56,827 nucleotides of DNA, filler included, from an uncultured virus (IMG/VR IMGVR_UViG_2049941000_000867) (30 parts of one record of this genome joined end to end with filler, not necessarily neighbours in it); one strand, 5' to 3'. Shown: positions 24,244-36,051, counted from the first letter of the whole stretch. Notes: generated by a model from the letters alone, not told the origin. Numbers and translations are program-made.

Positions 24244-24729
24244 TTATGAGGTGAGAATGGCAGCGATGAGCGTTATGTAACAAAGGACTTCAAGAATGAA
24301 AATCCCTTTACCCTCAAGGATGCGCATAGTAGAAGATGCAATAAGCGGCACCAGGACAAACCAAAGCAAGAGCCACCAGGGACAGATGAGCATGACACAC
24401 AGCTGGGAACCAATGCCGGCAGCAATGGCCAGGATGTTATGCGCTGTGTTCGGGTCATGTCGCACGAGCGGCATTGCTCCCACGAAAGCGAGAGCGGCGA
24501 TGGTCAGGAATCCTACAAACTGGAAGATGGAGCCATCCAGCGCGTCGAGCAATGCAGGACATATACCAAAGGCCATCGACCAGATGAAGAGCGTCCACAC
24601 GAACTGATAACCTTTGGAGAGGTTAAACACCATGTGCGATATAGACGCAGGCAATTCGCGGTGCAGGTAGATAGCCGTCCCCACATAGAGGACAGCTATC
24701 AGCACGGAGAGTAGGAGTAATGCAGTCAT
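24244..24729 (-). CDS. Multi-pass membrane protein
   Basis: Five to six hydrophobic segments, P.SIS motif; complete ORF after the DUF4376-like gene. Confidence 0.7.
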   Translation of the reverse strand: MTALLLLSVLIAVLYVGTAIYLHRELPASISHMVFNLSKGYQFVWTLFIWSMAFGICPALLDALDGSIFQFVGFLTIAALAFVGAMPLVRHDPNTAHNILAIAAGIGSQLCVMLICPWWLLLWFVLVPLIASSTMRILEGKGIFILEVLCYITLIAAILTS

Positions 24730-24742
24730 GGGCACCTATACA

Positions 24743-25405
24743 TTAAAACTCCAAGTGAGCGGGATAGCCCTGTGTGAAGTCGTAGGACTTAATGGCATCC
24801 ACATCATTGAGAGCAGCGATAGCGGCCTTGTGTTCAGCCGTCTTATCGTAGCACTCGCTGGCATAGACTTCGAGGGCCGAAAGCATCTGAAGACCAGCAT
24901 CGGGCGTGATGGTAAACGACTGTGTACCGAGCCAGAGCGTCGATGTAGTCTTACCCACAGCCTTCTCAGCATTCAGACGGGCAATCAGTCCGTTACGGGT
25001 GTCTTTGTCAAGCCACATGGGAACACCGTCATAAGAGAACTGGTTGACAGCATCAGAAGCATCATACTCACTGATACGAGCTATCTGCATCTGACGGGCC
25101 AGTTCCAGCGCGTTACCAGGCAGTAAGCCTGCCTCATTAGCCGTCAGCAGTGCCTCGGCAGCCACGGCCACAGCCTTGAACTCATCGAAGCCCTCTTTCA
25201 GCAATGCCTTGGTGACATTCTCCAGGGTAAACGGATTAGAAACACGGATGACATAAGCCAGATATACCTTACGGGTCTCAGACTCCTGTCCTTCCTCACC
25301 ATTGTTAATCACTTGATCCACTTCCTCAGTGTCGAAGCAGATGCGGAGCACGGTTCCCTCTAACTCCACGGGAGCCGGATTCTCGGTAAACTCTGATTTC
25401 TTCAT
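24743..25405 (-). CDS. DUF4376-like tail fibre-associated protein
   Basis: YDASDAVNQF...MWLDKDTRNGL...ALEVYASECYDKTAEHKAAI...YDFTQGYP. Confidence 0.75.
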   Translation of the reverse strand: MKKSEFTENPAPVELEGTVLRICFDTEEVDQVINNGEEGQESETRKVYLAYVIRVSNPFTLENVTKALLKEGFDEFKAVAVAAEALLTANEAGLLPGNALELARQMQIARISEYDASDAVNQFSYDGVPMWLDKDTRNGLIARLNAEKAVGKTTSTLWLGTQSFTITPDAGLQMLSALEVYASECYDKTAEHKAAIAALNDVDAIKSYDFTQGYPAHLEF

Positions 25406-25606
25406 TGTTTTTTATTTTAAGGGGTTATACGATATTTCTTATCTCGATGCCAACCACAGCCGATAACGGCTGGGAACGGTGGTTATGTTATCTCGTAGTC
25501 GGGAAGACCGGCAGCGTTACAGCGTACAATGGTGCCCGTGAATGGGAATCCATCGTGAGCATTGATGTAGTCGAGCGTCTGAATGAGTTTCTGGTTNNNN
25601 NNNNNN

Positions 25607-25830
25607 GCAGAGCCATCGGTAAGGTAAGTGATATATTTATGCCACAGATACGGAGCCGATGCCGTAGGAACGGGCACCTGCTGACCATCGGGGACCAGTT
25701 GCCAGCGTGAATCGCTGACTGCTGGCATTATGCCAGAAGCCTCGGTGATATAGTAATTGTCGATGTGATCCACCGATATGGTGGGCTTCACTGCTGTAAC
25801 GGCAAATGTCTGTGATATGACTGGATTCAT
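25607..25830 (-). CDS. N-terminal fragment of a tail fibre-like protein
   Basis: MNPVISQTF...PTASAPYLWHKYITYLTDGS; ATG lies downstream of a late-type promoter. Confidence 0.55.
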
Positions 25831-25846
25831 TGCATCTTATTTTTGA

Positions 25847-25913
25847 GCAAAGATAGGGGAAACGGGGGGAAAGGTAGGGACAAAATAAACCCGCTGGGAA
25901 AACCAGCGGGCAC
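25847..25913 (-). promoter_or_regulatory. Hairpin (25889-25913) plus late-type promoter (25847-25884) cassette
   Basis: Sense strand GTGCCCGCTGG-TTTTC-CCAGCGGGTTTATTTTGTCCCTACCTTTCCCCCCGTTTCCCCTATCTTTGC. Confidence 0.72.
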
Positions 25914-26277
25914 GAGAGGGGATAGGGGACAGGCGCACTAAGAGGCGGTGACGATACCGTTGACCTTATAGCCAGACTGAGCCACGAAGTCGTAGGGTAG
26001 CACGATAGTACCACGATTGGAAGAGGTGGTCATTGTCGGGCCACTGGTAATCTCATTCTGCTGGCCGTCGTACAATACACAAGTAAAGTTGGTGTACTGC
26101 GTATTGATAGCCGTTGCATCCTCCATAGTGGCCACCCAAGCCGTGACAGTGCATGACTCACCTGGTGACAGCTGGCCNNNNNNNNNNNNNNNNNNNNNNN
26201 NNNNNNNNNNNNNNNNNNNNNTTAATTAATTAANNNNNNNNNNNNNNNNNNNNNNNNNNNNNNNNNNNNNNNNNNNN

Positions 26278-27197
26278 ATTCTGAGCAATCATATCCCAGA
26301 ACTCTCCGCACTCCATGCTCTTGACGTAAGCACCTGATGCAGACTGTACGGAACAGACAAACTCACGGCCAGTAGCCGTATTGCTCACTTGGTTGCCAGA
26401 ATAGACCACAGCCTTACGGACATCATCATCCATGTAGAAACGGATGCCAGGACGGAACTCCCAGAGCTTGCCCCAAAGATCCTCGAAGCCAAAGAGCTTC
26501 ACGGGGTACTGGTCGCCAATAGTGGTATCAGTATAGTACACATTACCGCTACCGTCGCCCAAATGCTTCAGCAAGCCCATAGGCACGTCACGCGCAGCCT
26601 CCCATGAAGATGTCTGGAAGCCGGCACCGATGACGCTCTGTGAGTTTAGGTTGCCATAGCGGGCCTGGAACAGCGCGTTAATCAAGCAATGGAAGCCGTA
26701 GTTAGCCAATCCCCACTCAGAACCGAGCAACTGAGCGGCAGCCCAGAACTGGCTCATTGTCTGTGAGTGTTTCGGAGCCTTGTCAGGACGGGAGTGTGCC
26801 TTGTTGTTGGCATCGTAGCTGATCTTGTATGCACCTACCCAATGAGGTGAATCGAAGACCTTGCCACCGTCGATAGGCACAGTACCACCGAAATGCAGCG
26901 TCTTACCCTCACCCTTGAAGTGGCAATCAGGTACATGTACCATCGTCTCGCACACCTGTTCAAGTGCAGTAGTAAACGCCGTGCCATCGGCAAACTTCGT
27001 CCAATCAGCACCATTCAGCTTTGCAGCATACACCTTACCATCTTTGATAAAGAAGGCATAGCCACCCATCTGAGACTGATAGAGTTCAGCAGCACCACGA
27101 TTATTGACCACAAAGGCCGGATTAGAGTTTTGCTCCAGTGTGAAGCTGGAAGCAAGCGCACCAACAACAGTAGATGGAATGGCACTGTTGTTCACCT
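26278..27197 (-). CDS. Tail fibre protein with a C-type-lectin/FGE-like domain, fragment
   Basis: WVGAYK...YGNLNSQSVIG...LFGFEDLWGKLWEF pattern typical of CLec-fold phage receptor-binding proteins. Confidence 0.6.
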
Positions 27198-27392
27198 NNN
27201 NNNNNNNNNNNNNNNNNNNNNNNNNNNNNNNNNNNNNNNNNNNNNNNNNNNNNNNNNNNNNNNNNNNNNNNNNNNNNNNNNNNNNNNNNNNNNNNNNNNN
27301 NNNNNNNNNNNNNNNNNNNNNNNNNNNNNNNNNNNNNNNNNNNNNNNNNNNNNNNNNNNNNNNNNNNNNNNNNNNNNNNNNNNNNNNNNNNN

Positions 27393-28039
27393 AGGCGACG
27401 ATGTCCGAGTGTCGGTAAAGCGGCACTCACAATAGATGTTCGCTCCCAGCTGATGTGTGAAGTTCTTACGGACATACAGGATATTACCGGCAATGTAATA
27501 GTCCTGAGTTGAATCGGTGGAAGTCACCTGCACCCCATTGACATACCAGAATATCTGAGGCACGAGTGTATCAGTATTCAGGTTGTTGTCGGGGTCGATG
27601 ATACTGTAAACCGCTTTCAGTCGCAATGCGCCATCTGTCTGTGTGCCGTGCTGGTCNNNNNNNNNNCGGTGATAGCCGTCAGCGTCACATCCTTTGCCTT
27701 GCCAGAGAGTGCCACGTCAGCACACTTCTCTTCGATGACATTCTCAATATCCTCCTTAGTGGTGGTGTCATCAATAATCGTGTCGATATTGATGGCCGTC
27801 GGCTGCTTACTCATGGTAAGACGGAAGAAAAGCGACTTAGACGGTGACAGCACCTTGAATGAGAGATTAAGGTCAACGACCTGGCTTTGGAACACTGACC
27901 AGTTTTCCTGGTCCTTACTGGATTCTACCGTTACGAGGTGGAATCCCTCAGTCGGGAAAGTGCAATCAAGGATAACACTCCCTGCGAAGATGTCTGAGAC
28001 ATACTTCGGGTGCTGGTAGGAGATAGATAACTGTGACAT
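27393..28039 (-). CDS. Virion protein fragments (N-terminus at 28039; internal piece 27393-27656)
   Basis: ATG at 28039 downstream of a late-type promoter; open frames between gaps. Confidence 0.45.
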
Positions 28040-28073
28040 ACTAAATAGGGTTTAGAATTTTATTTATTTTTGA

Positions 28074-28141
28074 GCAAAGATAGGGGGAAAGACGCAGGAG
28101 TTAGGGACAAACTCCCAGCAGGAAAACGCTGGGCACAGTGG
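28074..28141 (-). promoter_or_regulatory. Hairpin (28114-28141) plus late-type promoter (28074-28111) cassette
   Basis: Sense strand CCACTGTGCCCAGC...GCTGGGAGTTTGTCCCTAACTCCTGCGTCTTTCCCCCTATCTTTGC. Confidence 0.7.
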
Positions 28142-28284
28142 AATAGCACACTAATCACCTAATGGAAGGCACATGCCCGACATGNNNNNNNNNNNNNNNN
28201 NNNNNNNNNNNNNNNNNNNNNNNNNNNNTTAATTAATTAANNNNNNNNNNNNNNNNNNNNNNNNNNNNNNNNNNNNNNNNNNNN

Positions 28285-29352
28285 GGCGGCATTCAGCACG
28301 GCCAGGTAAGGCTTTGCCTCTTCCTCGCCAATCAGTTCCACCAAAGCCTGGTAGCGTTGTGTCATGGTCTCAATACGCTTGGGCGTGTTTGGCTTATCCT
28401 TACGCATGAGGTACTTGACGATAGCATCTACCTGCTCTTTCTTCTTTTCCTCTGCTTCACGGAGAGCCTTCTGCTCTGGGTCGTTGGCCTTGATGTCCTC
28501 AATGACCTTGGCCTTGAAAGCATCCTTATCCTCTACCTTATCCCAATAGGGGCGCAGGGTAGTGCGCAGCTGCTGGGGATCCACCTTCTGAGCTTCGATA
28601 CTGGCACGGAAAGCAGTGTCTTCCTTCAGGCGCACATATACCACAGCCAGCTCATTATCAACACGGACATAGATAGCCTCGTAAGCCTCTGTGCATTTGA
28701 TGGCCTCCTGGCTATAAGGCTCTACTTCTGATTCAGGCTTACCGGCTTCTGCAAGCACCTTGGCCGTCGTTGCTGCTTCCTCTGCACGAGAGCGCAAATC
28801 GCGGACAGTCTCTACAGCCTCTTGCAATTCAGGAGAGAAGAGCCACTTCAACTGGTCCAGGTGCAACAGTGTGCCACCATTCAGTGAGCCGGACACTGTG
28901 CCAGGAGCGGCAGCGTCGATGGTAGGAATCTCGGACTTAGGACCGAAAAGCGTTTCTTCTTTTGCCTCTGCCTCCTTGCGGTCATTCTCAGCCTTCAGCG
29001 CACGGGCAGCAGCTTCATCCTTAGTGGGACGGCCAACATGCGGCACCAGCAAGGCAGGATCGGTCAGGTCAACAGTAATGGCCAGTGCAGCCTTTGCATC
29101 AGAAAGTGCTTTGTCAGAATAGTTGCGGAGCAAACGCTTACGGGACGCATAATCACGGAAGCGCAAAGCCTCACGGACAAAAGAGCGGGTAAAGGGGAAC
29201 ACAGCGATCAGGGAAAGACCCTGTTCAAAATCCTTATGGGAGAATTTGCCCGATTCGATGATAGGCAACTTCTCAGCGTACCACGGCTGGAACTCTGCCA
29301 ACCATTCCTTGCGCTCATCAAGCGACATTTCAGTGAAAAGTTTTTTATCCAT
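28285..29352 (-). CDS. Hypothetical helical phage protein, 3-prime truncated
   Basis: Long charged helical ORF starting MDKKLFTEMS, downstream of a late-type promoter. Confidence 0.6.
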
Positions 29353-29412
29353 TGTACTTAAATTTTTAGGGCTGCAACGGTATTGCAGCATACGGAACAA
29401 TTATTGACAGGA

Positions 29413-29500
29413 GCAAATTTAGGGGAAACAGGGGAAAAGGGTGGGACAGAAAACAGGGGATAAAAAAGGCCCGCATCGGGATAACAGCGATGCGGGCGCA
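29413..29500 (-). promoter_or_regulatory. Intrinsic terminator plus late-type promoter (29413-29450)
   Basis: Sense strand GCCCGCATCG...CGATGCGGGCCTTTTTT followed by TGTCCCACCCTTTTCCCCTGTTTCCCCTAAATTTGC. Confidence 0.7.
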
Positions 29501-29544
29501 ATGATAGGGGAATAGTCGGTTAAGAACTTGCAACNNNNNNNNNN

Positions 29545-29995
29545 GGTCGGCACCAGACTTCACACTACGCGGGTCGCCCATCTTCATCCCCTCACGAATA
29601 AGCCAGTCGGACGCATCCTGCACCTTTGCCTTTTCGATGTTGTCAATGGGCGTATCGAAACGTCCGATGATATGATTGAAGAGAGCCACGTCGTTAGATA
29701 TCTCGGTAGGTGTACGCGGAACACCAGGACGCACATTCATAGCGGCTACATACTCCATAGCCTTTGTGTCGCCCTCGCTGGCTCTCTGCAAGAGCACTGG
29801 ATATTCACGGGCAGCAATGCGACGCATCACGTCAGATGGCCGTATCTGTTTGTCCTGAATCCAAATCTGGTATGCCTCGTAAGCCAGCAGCGCACGGAAA
29901 CGCTGATCAGGCGACAGCACCATTTTTTCGATGGTGATGCCACCCAATAACCAGCGTTCTACTTTGTCGAAGTATTTTTCTGAAGGTTTTGACAT
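29545..29995 (-). CDS. Hypothetical protein, candidate terminase small subunit, 3-prime truncated
   Basis: MSKPSEKYFDKVERWLLGG...; helical; function inferred only from the packaging-module context. Confidence 0.4.
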
Positions 29996-30040
29996 TGAGT
30001 GAAGAGTTAAGAGGGCATAAGCCGATGGGAAACCACCGGC

Positions 30041-30529
30041 CTACGCGAAACCTTTTGCAATATGCTTGCGCTTACGTTTGTTGTACTTATCCTTACCAGT
30101 ACGCATCAAATATTCGCCATACTCCTTGGGCGACATTCCATAGCCATTACCATAGTAACGGCCACCACCCATCGGCGCNNNNNNNNNNAGGGTATTCACG
30201 GGCAGCAATGCGACGCATCACATCAGATGGCCGTATCTGTTTGTCCTGAATCCAAATCTGGTAAGCCTCGTAAGCCAGCAGCGCACGGAAACGCTGATCA
30301 GGCGACAGCACCATNNNNNNNNNNGCTGGACGGTCTGGCCAGGCAAACGGTTCTGAGCCTGCTGCTGGCTATTGTTGGTGTAACGCTGGGGAGCCTGTGC
30401 TGTCACCTGCTGACCTTGCGCCTGCGATGCAGCCTGTTCCATAAGTTGCTGACCTGACGGACTCGAAACCAGTCCACCTGCGATAGCAGCTGCACCAGCT
30501 GCCAATGCTGTTAGAATTTTCTTTTTCAT
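30041..30529 (-). CDS. Small exported Gln-rich protein (N-part 30325-30529, probable C-part 30041-30178)
   Basis: MKKKILTALAAGAAAIAGG signal-like N-terminus; C-part APMGGGRYYGNGYGMSPKEYGEYL...KRKRKHIAKGFA*. Joining the two parts is an inference. Confidence 0.5.
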
Positions 30530-30606
30530 TGATTTATGAATTTATGAGTTAATGATTTTATGAAGACACGAAGACGGACCCAGCGGAAAACAGCTGGGCA
30601 CAGTGG

Positions 30607-30701
30607 CTATTTCTTTTTAGCAGATTTCTTTTCGGCCTTGGCTGCTTTCTTGGCGGCGGCTTTCTCAGCTTTCAGAGCTTCAGCAGCGGGAACCACATTC
30701 T
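30607..30701 (-). CDS. Lys/Ala-rich C-terminal fragment (AEKAAAKKAAKAEKKSAKKK*)
   Basis: Open frame from the linker to TAG, followed directly by the hairpin repeat at 30578-30606. Confidence 0.5.
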
Positions 30702-30801
30702 NNNNNNNNNNNNNNNNNNNNNNNNNNNNNNNNNNNNNNNNNNNNTTAATTAATTAANNNNNNNNNNNNNNNNNNNNNNNNNNNNNNNNNNNNNNNNNNN
30801 N

Positions 30802-31565
30802 ATCCTCTGGCACGTCATCCTCCGGCTTAACAGGAGCGACACGCTCAATGGGAGTGGCAGAACCGTTGGCCACCTCAAAGGCACGGGCAACGACCTCTCC
30901 GAGAGTCATCTGGCCATCACAGAGAATGCCTGTGACCTCCTGTGCCTCGAAGAGCGCACCATGGATATGCTTCTCAGTAGCAGCAGGGAAAGACTTTTGG
31001 ATGTCAGCGCGGAACTCTACGCCCGTCTTTTTCAGGTCATCCATCAGCTTCTTATCATTCTTGCTGTTCTCGGCAATGTCACGATACCACTTGTTTTTGT
31101 CGTAAGACTCAGGATCGTACAGCTCATGGTAAGTCTCATTGGTGTACTGATTGGTGGTGCCATTCTTTTCAGTATAGAAAGCGGCCATCACACCGATGGA
31201 GCCAAACATATCCTTTGGGTGCATGTAGTAAACTTCATCACATACGCTGGCCAGGTACATAGCAGCAGAGGCACAGAGGCCATCCACGAAAGCATATACC
31301 TTCTGACCATGCTCATGGGCATAGTCGATAGCCTGCTTGAAGTCATTGATAGCCCATGCAGAACCACCAGGAGAGTTAATAACAAAGATGTGTGCCTGAC
31401 AGAACTCATTATTTGCAGCCTCCATCATCCAGTCGCGCAAATCCATCGAGCCATAGGAGCAAGCACCACCTTCACGAGTGATAGGACCATCCACCGGCAT
31501 GACATTGACAAAAGGAGCATCCATTTCGTCCATCCACCAACGGGAGGTAGTCTTACCGTTTTCTG
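30802..31565 (-). CDS. S49-family (SppA/ClpP-like) prohead protease, fragment
   Basis: INSPGG, CASAAMYLASVCD and GSIGV motifs. Confidence 0.88.
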
Positions 31566-31665
31566 NNNNNNNNNNNNNNNNNNNNNNNNNNNNNNNNNNN
31601 NNNNNNNNNTTAATTAATTAANNNNNNNNNNNNNNNNNNNNNNNNNNNNNNNNNNNNNNNNNNNN

Positions 31666-32136
31666 ACCCTGCATGGCACGGATGTTTACCTCATTAAAGG
31701 CATCCTCGTAAGTCTTGATGCGCATAGTGACGGGAATAGAGGTGTCGATGACCGGCTGCTGGTCTTCACTCGAAGCTGACGCTTCAAGCACAGGGGTTTT
31801 TTCTTCCGTTTCAGGCTCATCGGCAGGTGTCAGACAGGACCAGTCTTCAGCAAAGATATCTTCCCATGTTGGGATGAAGTATGTGGCACTGGCAGGAGTC
31901 TTTTCATCATCGACAAATGTAATGACGATTACCTGGTCATGGTATGAGATTTCACCAGAGCCAACAGTGCTGATTTTGGGTTTGATACTTGCAGGCAATG
32001 AGGTCATCTTAGGCACGATGTCCTTTGAGATACACTGCGGAATTTGACGGATGATTTCGCGGTTATCAGTCCACGAAATACGACGGGCAGAACCACCCTT
32101 TTTCAGACATTCGATTACATCTTGAAATTTTGCCAT
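31666..32136 (-). CDS. DUF2829 / Tad2-like protein with a C-terminal extension, 3-prime truncated
   Basis: F.DVIECLKKG..ARRISW...IVPKMTSLP...YHDQ...FIPTWEDIFAEDW. Confidence 0.7.
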
Positions 32137-32162
32137 AGTTTTTTTGTTTTTANNNNNNNNNN

Positions 32163-32414
32163 ACGGATGCCAAAAAAACGCTCAATGGCGGCAATGGTGC
32201 CAGGAACGGTACGGGTATAGAGCTGTTTTCTGGAGTTTCCCAACCATATATTCGTAGCACGAGGCATAGACTGACTGACGCGATAGATGCGAGGCCCGAT
32301 AGAGCCATCAGTCTTACCGAATCGTCGGCTACCAAGCAAGCGACCGTCTCGTACATTCATCAGGTACATCAGGTACTGCTTGTGGTTCATGTAAACGTCT
32401 CTTCTCTCTGCCAT
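32163..32414 (-). CDS. Terminase large subunit, N-terminal fragment
   Basis: YMNHKQ (Q motif) and the GSRRFGKT Walker A near the N-terminus. Confidence 0.75.
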
Positions 32415-32520
32415 AGACTANNNNNNNNNNNNNNNNNNNNNNNNNNNNNNNNNNNNNNNNNNNNTTAATTAATTAANNNNNNNNNNNNNNNNNNNNNNNN
32501 NNNNNNNNNNNNNNNNNNNN

Positions 32521-32879
32521 CTGCTCGACCTTGCCCTTGGCTTCCTTCTCAGCATTCAGCTGCTCTTCGTGCTGCTGCTTCATGTTGTTAATCTCCTGCT
32601 CGTGAGCGGTCTTCAACTCGCCCATAGCCTTCTCGTGAGAGTCATTCAGTTCCTGCTCCTTGGCATTGACGGCCTCAGTCTTGGCATTCTCTGCCTCAGA
32701 GAGCTGGGTCTGAAGAGTCTGTACCTGCTCATCAGCGGCAGCCTTATCGGAAGCCTGCTGTTCGAGCGTCTGATTGAGCGCATCCAACATGGAGGGCACG
32801 AAGTGGGCACCTTCCTCGTTGACGATAAGCTCTTCTACACCGCAAGCGGTGGCAATCTTTTCGTACTGTTTCATATTCT
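32521..32879 (-). CDS. Coiled-coil scaffold-like segment, probably the C-terminal part of the S49 protease gene
   Basis: YEKIATACGVEEL...EEGAHF followed by a Glu/Gln/Ala heptad region. Confidence 0.5.
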
Positions 32880-32979
32880 NNNNNNNNNNNNNNNNNNNNN
32901 NNNNNNNNNNNNNNNNNNNNNNNTTAATTAATTAANNNNNNNNNNNNNNNNNNNNNNNNNNNNNNNNNNNNNNNNNNNN

Positions 32980-33202
32980 CGCAGATCTCAGTGATGCCAT
33001 ACTCTTCAATGTCCTTTGCCATCTTAGAGTCCACTTTCTTGTCACGGTCATAGAGCACTTCGTTACGCTCTATGCTTACTATTTCCTGGGTGTCCTGATC
33101 CACGAAGTCCTCATGCCAGGTCTTCAATACACGCTCTGCCAGGAACATGCCGATGCCCTCCTTTGGGGCCACCTTCTTTTTGATATAGTCTTTTCTCAAC
33201 AT
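32980..33202 (-). CDS. Phage protein with an RpoB-like segment, 3-prime truncated
   Basis: LAERVLKTWHEDFVDQDTQEIVSIERNEVLYDR resembles, from recall, Bacteroidetes RpoB LAARVLKTW.EDFVDEDTGEVVSIERNE; it has its own ATG at 33202. Confidence 0.65.
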
Positions 33203-33369
33203 AACAGATAATTTTATTACGATGCTTTGTTTCTCTCAGCAACTATTTTAGGTAACACTTCAGCGGCCTTTGCTTTCATTCTGTCAAAGAAAGCCTGGAC
33301 CTGCGGGTTAATGTCTTCCGTTGTAAGCACCTGCATTCCAACAAACAGCTGCATCAGCANNNNNNNNNN

Positions 33370-33773
33370 TACGCTTTATATCGAGCCATGTATAATCTCC
33401 TGTTTCGCCCGTCTCAATATTGCGGCTGCTGCACATACCATGAAAGACACCCTCACGCAAAATGTCTTCATCGGAAATGTCCTGAAGATGCTCTGTGCGT
33501 TTTCCAGTAATTTCTATCTGATAGCGCATCAGTTCAGGACGCACAAAGAGTTTGTTTTCCCATGCAGGTATAATAGATGGATGCTCTACATTCAACACAC
33601 TTCTTAATCTACGCATATAGGCTATTTGCTTATCAGGAATAGCATTCAGCTCACGCCAAATAAAACCGTATGCTTCCGCAAGAGCCACCTTCTCGCCAAC
33701 CTCATATTGTCGGCGGTCAGTTGTCAGCCGGCGCGTCATGTCTTTTTTGCCTTCAATGACTACCTTGCAAAAC
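33370..33773 (-). CDS. ASCH/PUA-like conserved phage protein, fragment
   Basis: GKKDMTRR...YEVGEKVALAE...EHLQDISDEDILREG. Confidence 0.55.
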
Positions 33774-33783
33774 NNNNNNNNNN

Positions 33784-34015
33784 CGGCCATCAGATAAATG
33801 GCATCACAGGTGAATGCGAGTACCAAACAGTCGATGAGCACCTGAAGCCGATAGGGAAACTTCTCAAAGATAAACTGGAACCAGCCAAACATCGTAGATG
33901 GATTGACGGGCTTATAACCTGCATTCCTCACGATGTCGGCTGCTTCAGCAAATCGTTCTTTGAAATCATCACGGCCTGTAATGGGGCCAGATATATACAT
34001 TCGTTGTCGTTTCAT
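33784..34015 (-). CDS. DUF4406 (nucleoside deoxyribosyltransferase-like) protein, fragment
   Basis: YISGPITG...F..A......GY.PVNP...CDAIYLM. Confidence 0.75.
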
Positions 34016-34343
34016 TTACCTTTTTCAATATCTTTTTCGATGATAGTATGAAAGCCGTCGAAATCCTTGTTAGGATCACCAGTAGGCATCACATATAAAT
34101 GTTTCATATTCTCCCGAAGAGTATGCTTAAACAGTTTCCTGAGTTGCTTTGTATGCTTTGCCATAACTATACTTTTTGCAGTCTTTCGTCGATNNNNNNN
34201 NNNNNNNNNNNNNNNNNNNNNNNNNNNNNNNNNNNNNTTAATTAATTAANNNNNNNNNNNNNNNNNNNNNNNNNNNNNNNNNNNNNNNNNNNNTGTCGGC
34301 AACAGATAGCCGTAAACTACTACTATATAAACCAGTTGATCCA

Positions 34344-35393
34344 TCATTCGTGAGATACTTTCTCTTTCATCTGTTTATACTCTTTCAGCATATCAATCAC
34401 CATAGCATTCAGAGCTGCTTCAACTCCCTGCATCATATAAGAGATACCACCAACCATTGTTATCAAATGATTCAAACGGTCGAACTCAGGCTCATCCTCC
34501 TTATACTTCTGCTGACAGATCCGCATACTCTGTATCGTCTGTGCCAGAACACTCTCAGTCATCGGCAACTCTTTTGCTGCCATTGAGAGCGACACACCCC
34601 AAAGAGATTCTTCTACCATATAATCACCCTTCCTGTTCCAACTGTTCACGAATAGCCTGCTGGAGTACCGGCAGGACATACTTTGCATGACGCTTGGCAG
34701 CAGCAGCTACCTTTGTCGGTGCCGTATTCCATTCCACTTCACAGAGCTTGTTGGCAAAGTAGCCGTCGCTAATACCAAGCATAAACTTACGAATACCATC
34801 CTTACCAGGAGCCGCGAAATAATGGAAGAAATTACCCCATTCAGAGTAGGACATATAGACACCATCAGAAGTGAGGAAACAACGGGCCAACCAACTGCCA
34901 TTGTCATCCTTCAGATCATACATGAACACCTGCACACCAGGTTTGTTTGAGAGACAGCAAGTATTACCGATGAGTTCACGCTGGCCATGGAACTTTTCTT
35001 CAGCACCAGGTTCAAGTAAATCTCTATTGTCATNNNNNNNNNNTCAGCCATTTATTCGATATTTTGCAATTATCTAATTTTTATACCTAAATCACACTCT
35101 CCTGTAAACACGCTGGAAAAACTCATGTGAGAGCATTCACTACACATATCTCCAGTATCATCAGGAAAAGGACAGCCGAGGGATGCAAGGTCTTTACGCT
35201 CAATACCAGGGTAGGGGTCAAAGCCCTTGCTGTTGATGCAATGCTGAGTTGCAGGATCATCCGCAATCGTCTTATCAGCACAATGGCTGCACAGCTCATG
35301 GGAATCATCCACCCACCAGCAATTACCGTGCGCCGGATTGTGACACGGATCATTGTCTGTGCATCCACAAATCTTACATACTCCGTAGGGCAT
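34344..35393 (-). CDS. Run of small hypothetical phage genes (34344-34618, 34624-35033, Cys-rich 35070-35393)
   Basis: Tightly packed co-oriented ORFs; the last has CKICGC..DPC...CWW...CSHC, a likely zinc-binding pattern. Confidence 0.5.
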
Positions 35394-35528
35394 AATTACT
35401 CCATTGGTTCTATATGAATAATATCGTAGGCTTCAGAGCCTTCGCCAAAATCAGCATACACACAACGATCTGTGCCAACCCAGAAGACACCAGACTCAGA
35501 AAGAACACCCTCACGACANNNNNNNNNN

Positions 35529-36041
35529 ACGGTCTCAATGATAGCCAACGACATAGCAAAGTCAATGACTGGCTCCATCGAAGCCCAGCACTTGAAATTC
35601 ATGCTCTCCAGCATGATCATTGCCACCTGGCGGTTACTGTTCTTTGGAGCGTTTGGCTCCATATAGTCAAAGCCTGTCAGTGTGAAGCCGATATGCAGAT
35701 AATAGCGGTACGGAAAGAGCTGCTGGATAATCTCAGTATTCTGTACCCACCATGTCGCTTTCGTGAGAATATACACCGGCACATGGTGCTCCATGGCATA
35801 GATAGCACACTTGATGGTCAGTGCATACGTCTCACGAAGCATTGGGTCGGTACTGAAAGAGAAGAAAATGCCACCATCAGCCCTAAACAGCTCATGGTAA
35901 GCATCCACTTCCATACAGAAGCGTCGGTAAGCCTTCTCTTCCGTACCACCCACTTTTTTCTCTATCTCAGGCACAGCACCGCCGAGCTGCTTTGCCATCG
36001 GGCCACGACGGAGATAGCAATAGGTACACTGATGGACGCAT
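35529..36041 (-). CDS. Radical SAM protein (SPL-like), fragment
   Basis: Reading upstream of the listed ORF gives CVHQCTYCY (CxxxCxxC); also FSFSTDP, ILTK and WASMEPVID. Confidence 0.75.
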
Positions 36042-36051
36042 NNNNNNNNNN

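Noticed and set aside
30189..30314. Frameshifted second copy of part of the 29545-29995 gene (pseudogene)
   Set aside because: Read-length duplicate with single-base deletions between gaps; most likely sequencing error.
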